Notes: generated by a model from the sequence alone, not told the origin. A DNA stretch of 64,000 nt from Antedon mediterranea (GCF_964355755.1 NC_092678.1:23081365-23145364), one strand, 5' to 3'; positions 1-13,400 are shown, counted from the first letter of the stretch. Made by a program: numbers and translations.

Positions 1-46
1 TATATCACCGGGCGGTTTAAAATTAATGTTCTTTGCCTGACGTGTT

Positions 47-69
47 TATATATATATATATATATATAT
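47..69. repeat. (TA)n microsatellite
   Basis: Run of TA dinucleotides. Confidence 0.9.
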
Positions 70-207
70 CCATGTTTATGACCCCTCCAGAGTGGAGGTA
101 AGTGGGTAAAGCTATGCAGTAAGGGGGTCATTAATAATATCAGAAAAAATTCTTTGTACTATAGTACATGGACATTCTTTCTAAACCAAATACGCACCAA
201 TGTTATT

Positions 208-460
208 ATTTACCTCCGCCAAGGAGGTATATGTAATCGGTAGCGTGTGTTTGTTTGTTTGTATGTTAGCAGGATTACTCAAAAAGTAATTACAAGATCT
301 TTACCAAAATGAATAGACAGATAGATATGTGGTCAAGGACCATTCCATTAAATTTTGTGACCACACTCCCAATTCTGGACCACTTTTTAGTATACTTTTT
401 TAGACCTGCTAGTGTTAAAAGATAGGACAGAATTTTTCACAAGCCGCCGAGCAGTCTTAA
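208..460 (+). mobile_element. Non-autonomous Helentron/HINE-like element, 5' part (family 2)
   Basis: 5' TACCTCCGCCAAGGAGGTA hairpin plus (GTTT)n tract. Colinear with 34455-34712, whose copy keeps the 3' subTIR/hairpin/CTAG end. Confidence 0.65.
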
Positions 461-2923
461 AGTAACAAGTAAACTGAAATTGCATTTTCTCGAGAACTAC
501 TTGTCCAAAAAACTAATTATTTATTTCCCATTAACTTTGCAGAAAACGTCAGTTGTTCACTTGTTCATGCTTACAGATTTATTACTAAATTCGTTATCTT
601 TCCAATAATTCTGGACAATTTCACTTACATAACTTGACTACATACGTGCCTGCCAGGTAACTACCCATCCACAGAGAGATGCACTTCCATTCACTGCAAA
701 CTTATTTTTCCTGCTAATGAATGGCAAAAACATATTCCAATATACACCAACCAATAGTGGTTGGTAGTCTATAACTGATTAGCTACCTTACCTAAACAAC
801 ATATTATATCATATTCAATAATATCCTCAATTACACCAAAACTTCATTCCAAAGAAGACATTCTTTGTATTCAACACGACATATATATTATTGGGTTCTT
901 CCATTTCTGATGTTATGTCCCCTACGATTTGGTGTCCTAAATGACAGGTTCCACTGTATTCAGAAATAACCCATTCAACTCCTCAAACAGAATCATTCAA
1001 AAATACATATCAACATTATTGTTGATATACACTACTGACTGATACTACAATACCATCAATGCGATTAAAACTTACAAACATTGCCTGTACTGGACCAGTC
1101 TTTCACATGTCAATCTCCCCAACTATCGGAAGACAATATCAATTTACAAACACTAACTACACTGCTCTGGTCAATCAATAACAATAACTTCTTTAATTTG
1201 TTTGTTTTTTCTGAGTATATAAACTTAACATATACACACATGTCTTTAACAAATTATTCTCTATTCTTAACTATTACAACCAATCAATTTTAAACAAATA
1301 TATATCATTACTCCTACACACAATCTACCTATCTACAATACATAATTTCTATGCCCAAAAGGTCCCAACCTCCCTGTTTCTGTATCCATATTTACACCCA
1401 AACCAGAAATGATGTAATACCCATAACATATACACAATTGATGTATTTCATACACCCACAATGGAGGATATAAAAATCCCACATCATGGAGTTACATTAT
1501 ATACACCAGCAGTGGAAAATCCATGGCGGGCTGGCTGTATCTTATCTGACTACAACCATACAATTGTAGGTTCACAAATAGTACACTATTCAAAATCCCT
1601 ACATCCTGGTAAATACACCTGGTTTTACACAAACTCGCCTTCCTTACAGTTTCTAGAACATTCTTCTCAACATCTCCTTCTGGTACTCACGAACATCCAA
1701 GTACGTATTGTTGATCTATAGAAACAGTTTCCAAATACATTATCAAAATTACTTTTCATTGCTAATAATATTATGGGAAAAGCTGTAATTTCACAGAATC
1801 AATATTTCTATTACAGAAACCTTCAGATGATAACAAAACACTGGCATTAAAGCCTTATAAAATTCCCTCAACATGTATTCAATTCCATTACTACTTCTAT
1901 TTCTATTTCAAGGCCCATACTTACTCTTCCTAACCATAAAGTCAGAGTGGCAATCTCTTCATCGATCCTGCAAATGCAATGTAAACTTATGGTTATTTTT
2001 TAAAATTATTAATTACTTGTACTGTTTTTCACACCTCCATTCCACTTAACATATTGACCAGGCAGCTTTACAATGACAGAGATCATACAACAGTTGGTGA
2101 TATCCCAAACATGATGCCACCTTCTAATTTTACTTGTTAAAACAATGCATGATTTCATTACACACACTTTGGATATATATTACTACGTTTCTCACGAGAA
2201 ATTTCAACAACACCACAGCAAACTCCTTTGAAGGTGGACAGCCACAAAATTGATAACTTCATTGCATTGTATTTCTGTTTCTAACTACCATATATTTCTT
2301 CTCACTTTCACACTGTATATGTGATGAAGGTACATACAATGAAGACAACAACAACATTTACCATAACAAATCTCCTTGCCCATCATGTATACCAACTTCA
2401 ATCTGCAAAACAAAATAAAACAAAAGGCATTTCACGTTACGAAAGAAAATGATGACGGTGGTACGTGGGTACGTTCCCACATGAGGGCGTGGTTGCGGAC
2501 GGGTCCATCATAATACAGGGGTGTTCTAGGAACTTTTCACTTTTGTATCTAAGCCCTCCCTCTGGAGAGCACGGGCTATTGTCGGTTTATACAGGTAAGC
2601 TAGGCACGATATAGACTATCATACTATTAATAATTGTATGCCATACTCACTTCTTGCAACTTTTCTTCATACCCATATAATGCATTCTTGCAAATGTTCA
2701 TTACATTTCCTACATTTCCCGTTGTTTCTATTAATTCGGCCCATTTATCTACTTCTTTGCCTTGCTCCTTTGCAAGCTTCAATAAGTTGTTTGCTGCATT
2801 CCATTTCACTGCTCTCATTTTTTGTTGGTGATCCATGTTTCCTAACAAATACAACAATAAAGCAATGACATTTAAAACTGTAACATAACATCATAAACAG
2901 TATCACACTTGACCTCATCTGGT

Positions 2924-3092
2924 AATAATAATCATTTATAAAGTGCTATTTACTGATGTCTCACAGCGCTAAAGGACCAACAACAATTATTGAAACATGT
3001 TAGATTTTAGAAGTGACTTGAATTGCTTAAGAGATTTACATTGACGAATATGGAGTGGAAGCTGGTTCCAAACTAGTGGTGCTTGTGTACAC
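2924..3092 (-). mobile_element. L2-type LINE 3' end
   Basis: Minus strand translates VQAPLVWNQLPLHIRQCKSLKQFKSLLKSNMFQ*, a typical ORF2 C-terminus, followed by an AGCGCT..GAG stem region and an (ATT)n tail. Confidence 0.8.
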
Positions 3093-4452
3093 AACCTGTT
3101 GGGTACAATAAATGTTCTTGGTCAGGTAACAATATATAATATATTAATAAACATAACATCAATGTTCTTTAAGATATGTTTCATTACAACTGGTAGTGCT
3201 ACATGTCTAAACAATTTAAGACCTGTCATGTCCACAAACATTTTCTTACAATGACACTTATGTACGCAAGACTGCAGGTGAAATTGACAATAACAATCAT
3301 CAATTTATAGCACTTTCGACTTTTATACTGTAAGCTGTGGTCCCAATTAGGCATTTGAAATCAGCACTGCTCGATGCCTGTGCATCTACTATCAATCTGC
3401 ATCAGATGTACTGGCCCATGCTTTTCCCTCTGATCAAGGTGGCCACTGGACGAGACAAACTTTTGACCAATGTTACAACCAATCAAGGTGCTTTTCATAG
3501 TCCTGGCTTAGTTTCATCCATCATTCAGAAGAATGTAATACTAATTGACGTTGTCGTTCGTGACACTGACAGCCATCAGTCATATATGAACATTAACCAC
3601 ATTTCTGGCCAGCAGAAACAGGACAAACATTCCACTTCAGTAAACATTGCTGTTGTAACACTTACAGTACTAAATAAATATGGTATTTGATTAAAATCAC
3701 AGCTCAAAGGTTATGAATTGCTATTACTTGTCTTTCAGTTACCAAAGCCACACCCTATTAATATTGCTACAATTGGGGGTAACTACGCCATTCACCAGTT
3801 ATCACTGTCATGTCACTGTGCGACTTAGCTTAACAAACCATTACTTAATAATAATATATAACTGACCCCCGTTGCCCTTCACTCAACAACTGCCACATCT
3901 TGAACATTTGCCCGCCTCCACACATTGCTTTTTTGGGTATTTCAACGTTTTTAGTCCAAAAACTTTCCTTCATGTGATGCAGCTAAAACCAACTTTCTAA
4001 CATTCTCCGTACAAATACTCATTGTTCCGGCCATTTCATTTTATGCTTATTACATAGTTCCTGTTAGCTAAACACTGATAACATCTCACTATTCAATGAA
4101 CCACTAACTTGTATAACCTATAATAACAGCTGCATAGATGTTTTATGCCCTTCAATAGCGACATGCAAAATCAAACACAGTACATTCTTTGTATACAAAG
4201 GTTACAGTTTAAATTACTTCCCTGATGGGTGGGCAGATACAATTACTATGCATAAGGAAGTTAGCTCACTACATTATACAACTTTTCTACCTTCTGGTAC
4301 TACTACTACAACTTGTCTCAAATATTATTCACAGGACATAATACTGGATATACATTTGTTTTACTTAACTTTATCATAACCATTCTTCAACTTAATGCCT
4401 TCAACTTCAATTGCACGGATTATTCTTCCATTTCTCGGCTATGTCCGTTTAT

Positions 4453-4484
4453 CCAGGGAAGAGTTAAATTTAACTCTTCCCTGG
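4453..4484. mobile_element. 32-bp perfect palindromic mini-element with 5-bp TSD
   Basis: CCAGGGAAGAGTTAAATTTAACTCTTCCCTGG flanked by TTTAT/TTTAT. Second copy at 25674-25704. Confidence 0.8.
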
Positions 4485-5560
4485 TTTATCAAGGTAATGG
4501 AGGGTACCATAGCGGACAGGTAGGTTTTTACTTTATATAGGTACAGTAGTCTCGGCACGCATTGAAATATACTTCTACTACTTTTGTAAAAACATGTTTA
4601 CTGAACACTATAACTGCAGTACTACCACAAACATGACTCCTAACCCCCAAGCAACCTTATACCACTTTCATTCAAAAAAACAAAAGGCACACATTACAAA
4701 TACAATAAAATAACAAATTAATATAAATAACTAACTATTTTTGGTGTTCCAAATTTCCCCACCCCCGTAACGGCATACAGTACGCGCCATCACTCACCAT
4801 CACATGCAATTCTGCAGTTACTTGCAGACTCGGGAGGTCTACAAATTCACCGTAACATCATTATATTACAATTAATAACAGTAAATAGCAATACAAACAC
4901 ATTTCTGGCCAGTTTTTACATTATTAAATAACATAATATACTGTACGGTTCATTAACTTCCTCAACATTCCAAATAAACAAAATAACATGTTTTGATGCG
5001 ACTAAACAGTTTTTACAAACAAATACGCGTTTTCATTACAACATAATGAGGACAACGACGCTGAACAGACCAGGGGTGGATCTAGAATGTCGTAAGAGGG
5101 GGCCTCAGACAGATCCCCCACGGTTAGGCATGTGGCAAAGAGAATTTCTGACATGAAATCGTACCTTCGCACATAAATGATAAAATGGCACCGTCCTCCG
5201 TCTAGTTGCCCTGAAAATGACACAGAAATCAGCAAAACCATCATACTTTTTCTGTCTGGTAACACAGTGACATACATTCTTTTTCATTTGTTATAGTTAC
5301 AGATGCGTGTTCTGTGTATGGGAACCATTGATTGTTCAGTCATTATTACTTTATTTCCATCAGATAATGATCCAGTAGATAATATTGATTGCTGTTATAC
5401 TCAAAATTGTGTATAGCCCCCTCTATTTTATAATATAATATTATAAGGTCTTCAATTCCACATAACATAACTCTGACTCATCGCTGTTTGTATTGTAATG
5501 AATATTGGTTACTACTACTACTACTAGTGTCCAAGCTTATGTATGTGGGTTGCATCTAAT

Positions 5561-8500
5561 TAGTTATCCGCTTAGTAGCGGATAACTCCTTGTAATCGTC
5601 CTGTTTCATCATATTTTTTTTTTTTTTCTGTATTATTAGTTATCCGCTTAGTAGCGGATAACTCCTTGTAATCGTCCTGTTTCAATTTTATATTATTAGT
5701 TATCCGCTTAGTAGCGGATAACTCCTTGTAATCGTCCTGTTTCATCAAATTTTTTTTCTGTATTATACTTCTTTCTTTCTGTCATTTTTGTGCGTCGCGT
5801 TTCTCTAAAACGTGTTGACAGAACATATCGTAACTTTGTCAACATATCGACATTTACGTGAACTTGTGCACCTCCTATTTTTGAATGACGTCAGAGTTGC
5901 GCAACGTGACTTACGTGCGATTTTATGAATTTCAATGATTGATCATAGACTAAAAACAAAACATAATTTTGTTTTGAAACTTTGTGAAAATTTAAGTCAT
6001 ATCAAGCGCAAACTTTCTATGGATTAAAAATAGCATGTTTCACAAAAAGTTACGCGCGCACGCGCGTTTAAAATTTTAACGTGCGAAATATAAACTTCTA
6101 ATCAACTTTCTATGCGTTTCATGTCATTTTGAGCATGTCAAAAATTCCCACGCGCGCGAACATTTTTACGCACGCGGTGCACACGTAGCGTTAAAAACAT
6201 ATTTTTTTCACTTGATTTATGTTTTTTCAGCCTTTTCTAGTAATGTTACCAAATTTTAAACAATTTCGACTTAAAATTACGTCATACGAGCACGTCGAAT
6301 TAGATAATTTGCACGCGTATTTGGTGAAAAAGTTCAAAAATTCGTCAAAATTATGCCTATTTTTAAACAGTCATAGATTCTAAACTACATGGAGAACTTT
6401 TTTTAAATTACATATTCTGGAAGTTGATGAGTTGTAGATATCGGATCATGCATTAATATGGCTAACCGGACATTGTGACGTCATCGTATGGCCACGCGAA
6501 TATAAAATATAGGATTTTTGTATCTTTCATCATAGCTCATCACATTTAATAGAGCGCATCTTCACTTATCTGTTTTTCATTTTCATCCCGATTTTTATAT
6601 TTTCTAGGTCAATCAACTATCTTTCGCATGAGTTAAAAATATTTTAATTTTTATGACGTCATGATGTCTAAAAATGTAAATAACCTGGGTCACTTATTTT
6701 CATCTTTACAGTAAATTTCAATCTGTTATAGCTCGTCAGAATAAAACGTGATAATCATGATTAAAATATTTTCAGGAAGCTATTGGATTGTAGATACGAA
6801 TTCATGTGAACATTTTGCCAATTAGATGTTGTGACGTCATCATATGGCCAGTTAAATAAAAAAAGTCGTATTTTCATCTTTTGCATCATAGTTCATTACA
6901 TTTAAAAGAGCGCGCATCAATATTTCCCATATTCAAATTTCTTAAACACGTTAATATGTTGTTGCTGAGATAATTTCCTTCCGAAATTGTTACCTTAGTT
7001 TTTCATTTTGAAACCGTCAACATTAAAAATTGGAATAAATAGCGGGTCCCGTAATTTCATCTATTCTACACTGTATGTGATATGTATACAGATTATACTG
7101 TGTATGACACAAAATAACAGAATTCAGCAATAACAACATATCATATTCTTCAGTTCAGGTCATAATGCCCTAATCTTTTTCTGTGTGCAATATTCCAACG
7201 TATGACGTGCACGTGGCGTTTGTCGTGCGGATAACTAACTCGTCAAAGTGACGAGTTTCATGTCTAGTTCTTCTGTCTTTCTCCCTCACTTTTTGTGCAG
7301 AGCGTATCTCTAAAATGGGTAAACATAACATTTCATAAATTTGTCAACATATGGGCATTTACGTGAAGTTGTGCACCTCCTATTTTTGAATGACGTCAGA
7401 GTTGCGCAACGTGACTTACGCGCGATTTTATGATTTTTTATGATTGCTCATAGACTAAAAACCAAGCATAATTTTGTTTTGACACTTTGTGAAATTTTAA
7501 GTCATATCAAGCGCAAACTTTTTGTGGATTAAAAATGGCATGTTTTACAAGAAGTTACGCGCGCACGCGCATTTAAAATTTCAAAATGCGCAAAATTAAT
7601 TTATAATCAACTTTCTACGCGTTTCATGTTGTTTTAAGCATGTCAAAAATTCCCACGCGTGCGCACATTTTTACGTGTGCGGTTGGCACGTAGCATTGAA
7701 AACGTACTTTTTTCGCGTGATTTATGTTTTTCCAGCCTTTTCTAGTAATTTTACCAAATTTTAAACAATTTCGACTTAAAGATACGTCATACGAGCACGT
7801 CGAATTGGACAATTTGCGCGCGTTTTTTATGAAAAGGTTAAAAAATTCGTTTAAAATATGCCTTTTTTTAAACAGTCGTAATTTCTAAACTAGACGGTCA
7901 AATTTTTGTGGATGACATATTCTAGAAGTAGATGAGTTGTAGATATCGGATCATGCATTAATATGGCTAACCGGACATTGTGACGTCATCGTATGGCCAC
8001 GCGAATATGAAATTTAGGATTTTTGTATCTTTCGTCATAACTCCTCACATTTAATAGAGCACATCTCCACTTATGCGTTTTCTATTTTCACCCCGATTTT
8101 GATATTGTCTAGGTCAATCAACTATCTTTAGCATGAGTTAAAAATATTTTAATTTTTATGACGTCATCATGCCTAAAAATTTAAATTACGTGTGGCATTA
8201 ATTTCATCTTTACAGTAAATTTCAATCTGTTATAGCTCGTAAGAATAAAATGTGATAATCACGATTAAAACGTTTTCTTGAAGCTATTGGATTGTAGATA
8301 CAAAATCATGTGAAAATTTTGCCAATCAGATGTGGTGACGTCATCATATGGCCAGTTAAATAAAAAAAGTCGTATTTTCATATTTTGCGTCATAGTTCAT
8401 TACATTTAAAAGATCGCGCATTAATATTTCACCTATTCAAATTTCTTCTACACGTTAATATGTTGTTGCTGAGATAATTTCCTTCCAAAATTGCTACCTT

Positions 8501-10292
8501 CGCGTTTCATAAACCATCAACATGTTAAAAATTGCAATAAATAGCGGGTCCCGTAATTTCCCCTATTCTACACTGTATGTGATATGTATACAGATTACAC
8601 TGTGTATACTATATATGAATCAAAATAATAGAATTCAGCAATAACAACATATCATAGTCTTCAGTTCAGGTCATAATGCCATAATCTTTTTCCGTGTGCA
8701 ATATTCCAACGTATGGCGTGCACGTGGCGTTTGTCGTGCGGATAACTAACTCGTCAAAGTGACGAGTTTCATGTCTAGTACTTATTTCCTTCCGTCATTT
8801 TTGTGCGTCGCGTTTCTCTAAAACGTGTAAACAGAACATATCGTAACTTTGTCAACATATCGACATTTACGTGAACTTGTGCACCTCCTATTTTTGAATG
8901 ACGTCAGAGTTGCGCAACGTGACTTACGCGCGATTTTATGAATTTCAATGATTGATCATAGACTGAAAACCAAACATAATTTTGTTTTGACACTTTGTGA
9001 AAATTTAAGTCACATCAAGCGCAAACTTTCTATGGATTAAAAATAGCATCTTTCACAAAAAGTTACGCGCGCACGCGCGTTTAAAATTTTAGAGTGCGAA
9101 AAATCAACTTCTAATCAACTTTCTATGCGTTTCATGTCATTTTGAGCATGTCAAAAATTCCCACGCGCGCGAAACTTTTTACGCACGCGGTGCACACGTA
9201 GCGTTAAAAACATGCTTTTTTCGCGTGATTTATGTTTTTTCAGCCTTTTATAGTAATGTTACCAACTTTTAAACAATTTCGACTTAAAATTACGTCATAC
9301 GAGCACGTCGAATTAAATAATTTGCACGCGTTTCTGATGAAAAAGTTTAAAAATTCGTCAAAATTATGCCTATTTTTAAACAGTCATAGATTCTAAACTA
9401 CATGGAGAACTTTTTTTTAATTACATATTCTGGAAGTTGATGAGTTGTAGATATCGAATCATGCATTAATATGGCTAACCGGACATTGTGACGTCATCGT
9501 ATGGCCACGCGAATATAAAATATAGGATTTTTGTCTCTTTCGTCATAGCTCATCACATTTAATAGAGCGCATCTCCACTTATTCGTAGTCGATTTTCATC
9601 CCAATTTTAATATATTCTAGGTCAATCAACTATCTTTTGCATGAATTAAAAAATTTTTAATTTTTTTAACGTCATCATGCCTAAAAATTTAAATTACGTT
9701 GGTCATTAATTTCATCTTTACAGTAAATTTTAATCTGTTATAGCTCGTAAGAATAAAATATGATAATCACGATTAAAACGTTTTCAGGAAGCTATTGTAT
9801 TGTAGATACAAAATCATGTGAAAATTGTGCCAATCGAATGTTGTGACGTCATCATATGGCCAGTTAAATACAAAAAGTCGTATTTTCATCTTTTGCGTTA
9901 TATTTCATTACATTTAAAAGAACGCGCATCAATATTTCACGTATTCAAATTTCTACTACACGTTAATATGTTGTTGCTGAGATAATTTCATTCTGAAATT
10001 TCTACTTTTGCATTTCATTTTGAAACCGTCAAGATGTTAAAAATTACAATAAAATACGGGTCCCGTAATTTCACCTATTTTACACTGTTTGTGATATGTA
10101 TACAGATTGTACCGTGTATACTATGTATATGACACAAAATAACAGAATTCAGAAATAACAACATATCATATTCTTCAGTTCAGGTCATAATGCCTTAATA
10201 TTTTTCTGTGTGCAATATTCTAACGTATGACGTGCACGTGGCGTTTGTCGAGCGGATAACTAACTCGTCAAAGTGACGAGTTTCATGTCTAG
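5561..10292 (+). mobile_element. Three nested ~1.57-kb non-autonomous Helentron/HINE-type elements
   Basis: Three stacked 5' ends (TAGTTATCCGC..GCGGATAACT at 5561, 5637, 5697). Three bodies each end in GCGGATAACTA + ACTCGTC-AAAGT-GACGAGT hairpin + CTAG (7267, 8778, 10292). No TSD; T-rich targets. Confidence 0.85.
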
Positions 10293-12079
10293 TTGGCTTT
10301 AGTATTACAGTTTATTTTTAATTTGGTTTTATCAAACTTCCGTTTTATCTGAGCATTATCTGTTTTAATCTAGTCTATCTTTATTTTTATACTCATATAT
10401 TTTTATATTGTATGTTTAATTGTTTTAAGGATGCACCCTTATTATGTGTGCCGCTGTTCAAAAAGCGTTTTCCAAATAAATTATTATATTATTATTATTA
10501 TACATACACTGCTACAATTAATCCATTATTTCTTTGTACTTCATTTCAATTCACATCAATCATGTACAGTAGTTTCCACATTCAAAATGAACTCAAATTT
10601 AAAACACATCTGCATAACCAACCAAATTTTAAATATTACATATTAACTTAATCAAGTTTATCAATAAAATTTATACAATAACAACTACTTCCATTTCAAT
10701 ACAGTACATACCTGATATGTATCTACAGTACTGCGGTTCCGATTTCAGATTTCCCACTTATAATTCACTTATCTTCAAAAATCACTTCCACTATCTATAA
10801 GCACACGCGCCGCAACAAGTGTCTGCTGCTGTGAATACCTTGTATCCACATGACTTACTGATGTGTTTTTAATTGGCTAATGTATTTATGGGACAATCAT
10901 GACATGAAAAGTACAGCCCATCAATACCATTGCCTCAGTACAGATTAACTATATTTTTTTCCCTCCTTTCAGGTTTAGCTTCATACCCAACCAACACTCA
11001 CATAACACTCTGTAGTCGCAATAAATTGACAATTGAGTAGATCACTCAATAATGCACTGAAGTGTATTTACTTTCATTACAAGTAGGCTATACAGCTTTA
11101 ACATTTTAATAATCAAATCTCATCTACAATTTATCACTTTTTGAAATTAATTGTGTTGTATATTTTCATATCTAGGTTGTACTGTATTTCTTTGATTACA
11201 CATGTTACCATATGACACCAAAAAAAAAATGCCTCCCCAGAATAAACGCCTCCCTCGAATAAAATAACCCCTGAACAATTAATGCATCAGGGCGTATATT
11301 AATATACCATGGTGAAATAATGTGTGACAAATACATACAATGATCTGTAACTAAATCAGATTATGCTTAATAATTAACACACTATGAAGAATCTCCATGA
11401 ACACGTGCCGCTGTGGCAATCAATTCACAGTACAATAAAAACCAACAAAAGGCAACAATCGAATCCATTTGGTGTTTACCATTATTTTCAGGCTACCATT
11501 TAACCGATTATTGAAAAACTGTCCTGTTTCTGCTCCCGAGAAATTAAGGTTAATTCATTCACAGGGTTATTAACCTATTACTTTTTTGCAGCAGAAACAG
11601 GACCTTACACGTGCGTGCGTGCGGCGATTGCATCTTCCCCCGTGGAATAAAAATCTGTTTCATGTTATGTTATGCAAAAGAGTTCAAAAGATTCTATAAT
11701 AATAACAATCAAACATTTATATTGCGGCAATTTTAATTTTATGATGAAGGACACATTCTACTGGACATACTCTATTTCTTAAAAGAATCAAAAGTGCATG
11801 TAATGTTTGACAAGATGGAAACATTTAGAATAAAGCAGGAATTCAACTGAATCACTGATTATGCTATTATAAATTAAAATTCAATCTGAAAAAACTACAT
11901 GTTTTTTTATTCTGTTTTCATTCTGAAAGTCCGATGTTCCGGGGGTCTGTGAACAAGATAACATCCTAAACATAGGTGTGAGGCAAGGTCACTCACATTA
12001 TCTGTCTGGCTACTTGTATTACTTTAATTACTTAAACATATCCTTTGATTTTGGTTCAATGTCCAGTGTCTTCCTCAAA

Positions 12080-12918
12080 GGGCCCGTTCGTACGGGTTGA
12101 TATTTACCAGTTATTCCCGCTGTGAAGTCGCGTGCGGTAATTAAATTTTGCCTCTAGCTAATTAACAAACGAGGTAAAAAGTCCACCAAATTTAGAGGTA
12201 AATTCAGCCTACGGGCGAATAATAAATCTCCGATCAGCCTACGGCGTTTAATTAATCTCCGATAACCAGGTTCGTGTTTGAGGCGGTGTTGTCGTTGTTG
12301 GTGCAGGGCTAGAACGTCGATCGTCAATATTTTGGTCTAAATCGTTGTTCAGGGTAGGCTCAAAATCATCGTCAAGTAACATAAAAATGGTCGTAAGGAG
12401 TAGGCATATCTTGGCAGGATTTTCAGCTTCAAAGGGCATTAAAGGTGGTCGTAAGAAAACAAGTTGTAGTTGGTAAAAATATTTAAAAACAGCGAACGCC
12501 TTTTTCACAAAACGGAAGACATCTTCGATCGATGACAAACAAATTATGCCGTGCAACGAAGCGTAACCAACAGAAATAACATAGCGTTTTCACAGGATTT
12601 CAGGACACCATGTTAATTAAAAAATCGTAACTCTTGAACGGAGGATCGTATGAGAAAACAAATTACTGTGAAATGTTCTTAAAAGATTGGCCTACATCAC
12701 TGTGTAATTGAAAAAAATTAGACATTTTTTTGTCACTACTTAAAATCCATCGAAAAACACCACAGTGTATAAGCATAGGCGTTTGTCACCGGCGTTTTTG
12801 CGCGGCAAAGTCACAGGGCATGCTTTACACCGTGGTGTTTTTTTCATGGCCATGAATCGTTCAAGCATGGGCATAACTGGTTATAATCGGTAAATAATCT
12901 GTACGTACGAACGGTGTC
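12080..12918. mobile_element. PIF/Harbinger-type MITE (composite)
   Basis: Imperfect TIRs GGGCCCGTTCGTACG..ATTTACC / GGTAAAT..CGTACGAACGGTGTC. Contains at 12497-12790 a copy of the element nested at 21089-21498. Confidence 0.6.
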
Positions 12919-13299
12919 TGATGCATGCCTTGGGGCTAGATTGAAAATAAACGCTTATTTTTTTATACGTACGAACACAACCAAAGTCCATTTTTCCAGA
13001 TATTAAGCTGTGTCTTTAGGTTTACAAGGTCACTTGGATCATCTGTATAATCACCTTTACAACCCACACACATTTATAACTTCCCACTCTCTTCCAGTTT
13101 TCCCCAGAATTCATTTGAATAGGTATCTAGTTTTTGTGCGATACAGGCCAACTTAATTTCCTCTACATTGTTATGTCTTACAACAATAATGCATACAGTA
13201 ATTACTATTATTAGTAAATTATTACTTTCAACTACCACCCATGTTGGTTCGGTGTATCTAAAGTCAGGCCTATTTTCCTTCCAAATACAGCCCGACCTA

Positions 13300-13400
13300 T
13301 CTACCACCAGAACCATGAGGCAAAAAACTATGGTTTATGCCATACAGACTATAATGATTACGGTTACACTTACTTAACCTTTCAGCCACTTTACTCACTA
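13300..13400 (-). mobile_element. Degenerate tRNA-derived SINE head
   Basis: Reverse complement matches the 5' part of the SINE at 50490 (GTGGCTGAAAGGTTAAG..AACCGTAAT..CATGGTTCTGGTGGTAGA). Confidence 0.6.

Noticed and set aside
3337-3690. 117-aa + strand ORF
   Set aside because: GTG start, no recognisable motif or splice context; the opposite strand carries the paralogous Cys-motif relic.
5561-10292. Simple tandem satellite or rolling-circle concatemer
   Set aside because: The 5' ends are stacked in front and pair with the bodies in reverse order, which indicates nesting.
12248-12556. ORFs inside MITEs (also 20796, 21294, 38241-38863, 39121, 41019, 49637-50052, 52019, 56310)
   Set aside because: They lie within non-coding TIR elements or low-complexity repeats and have no transposase motifs.
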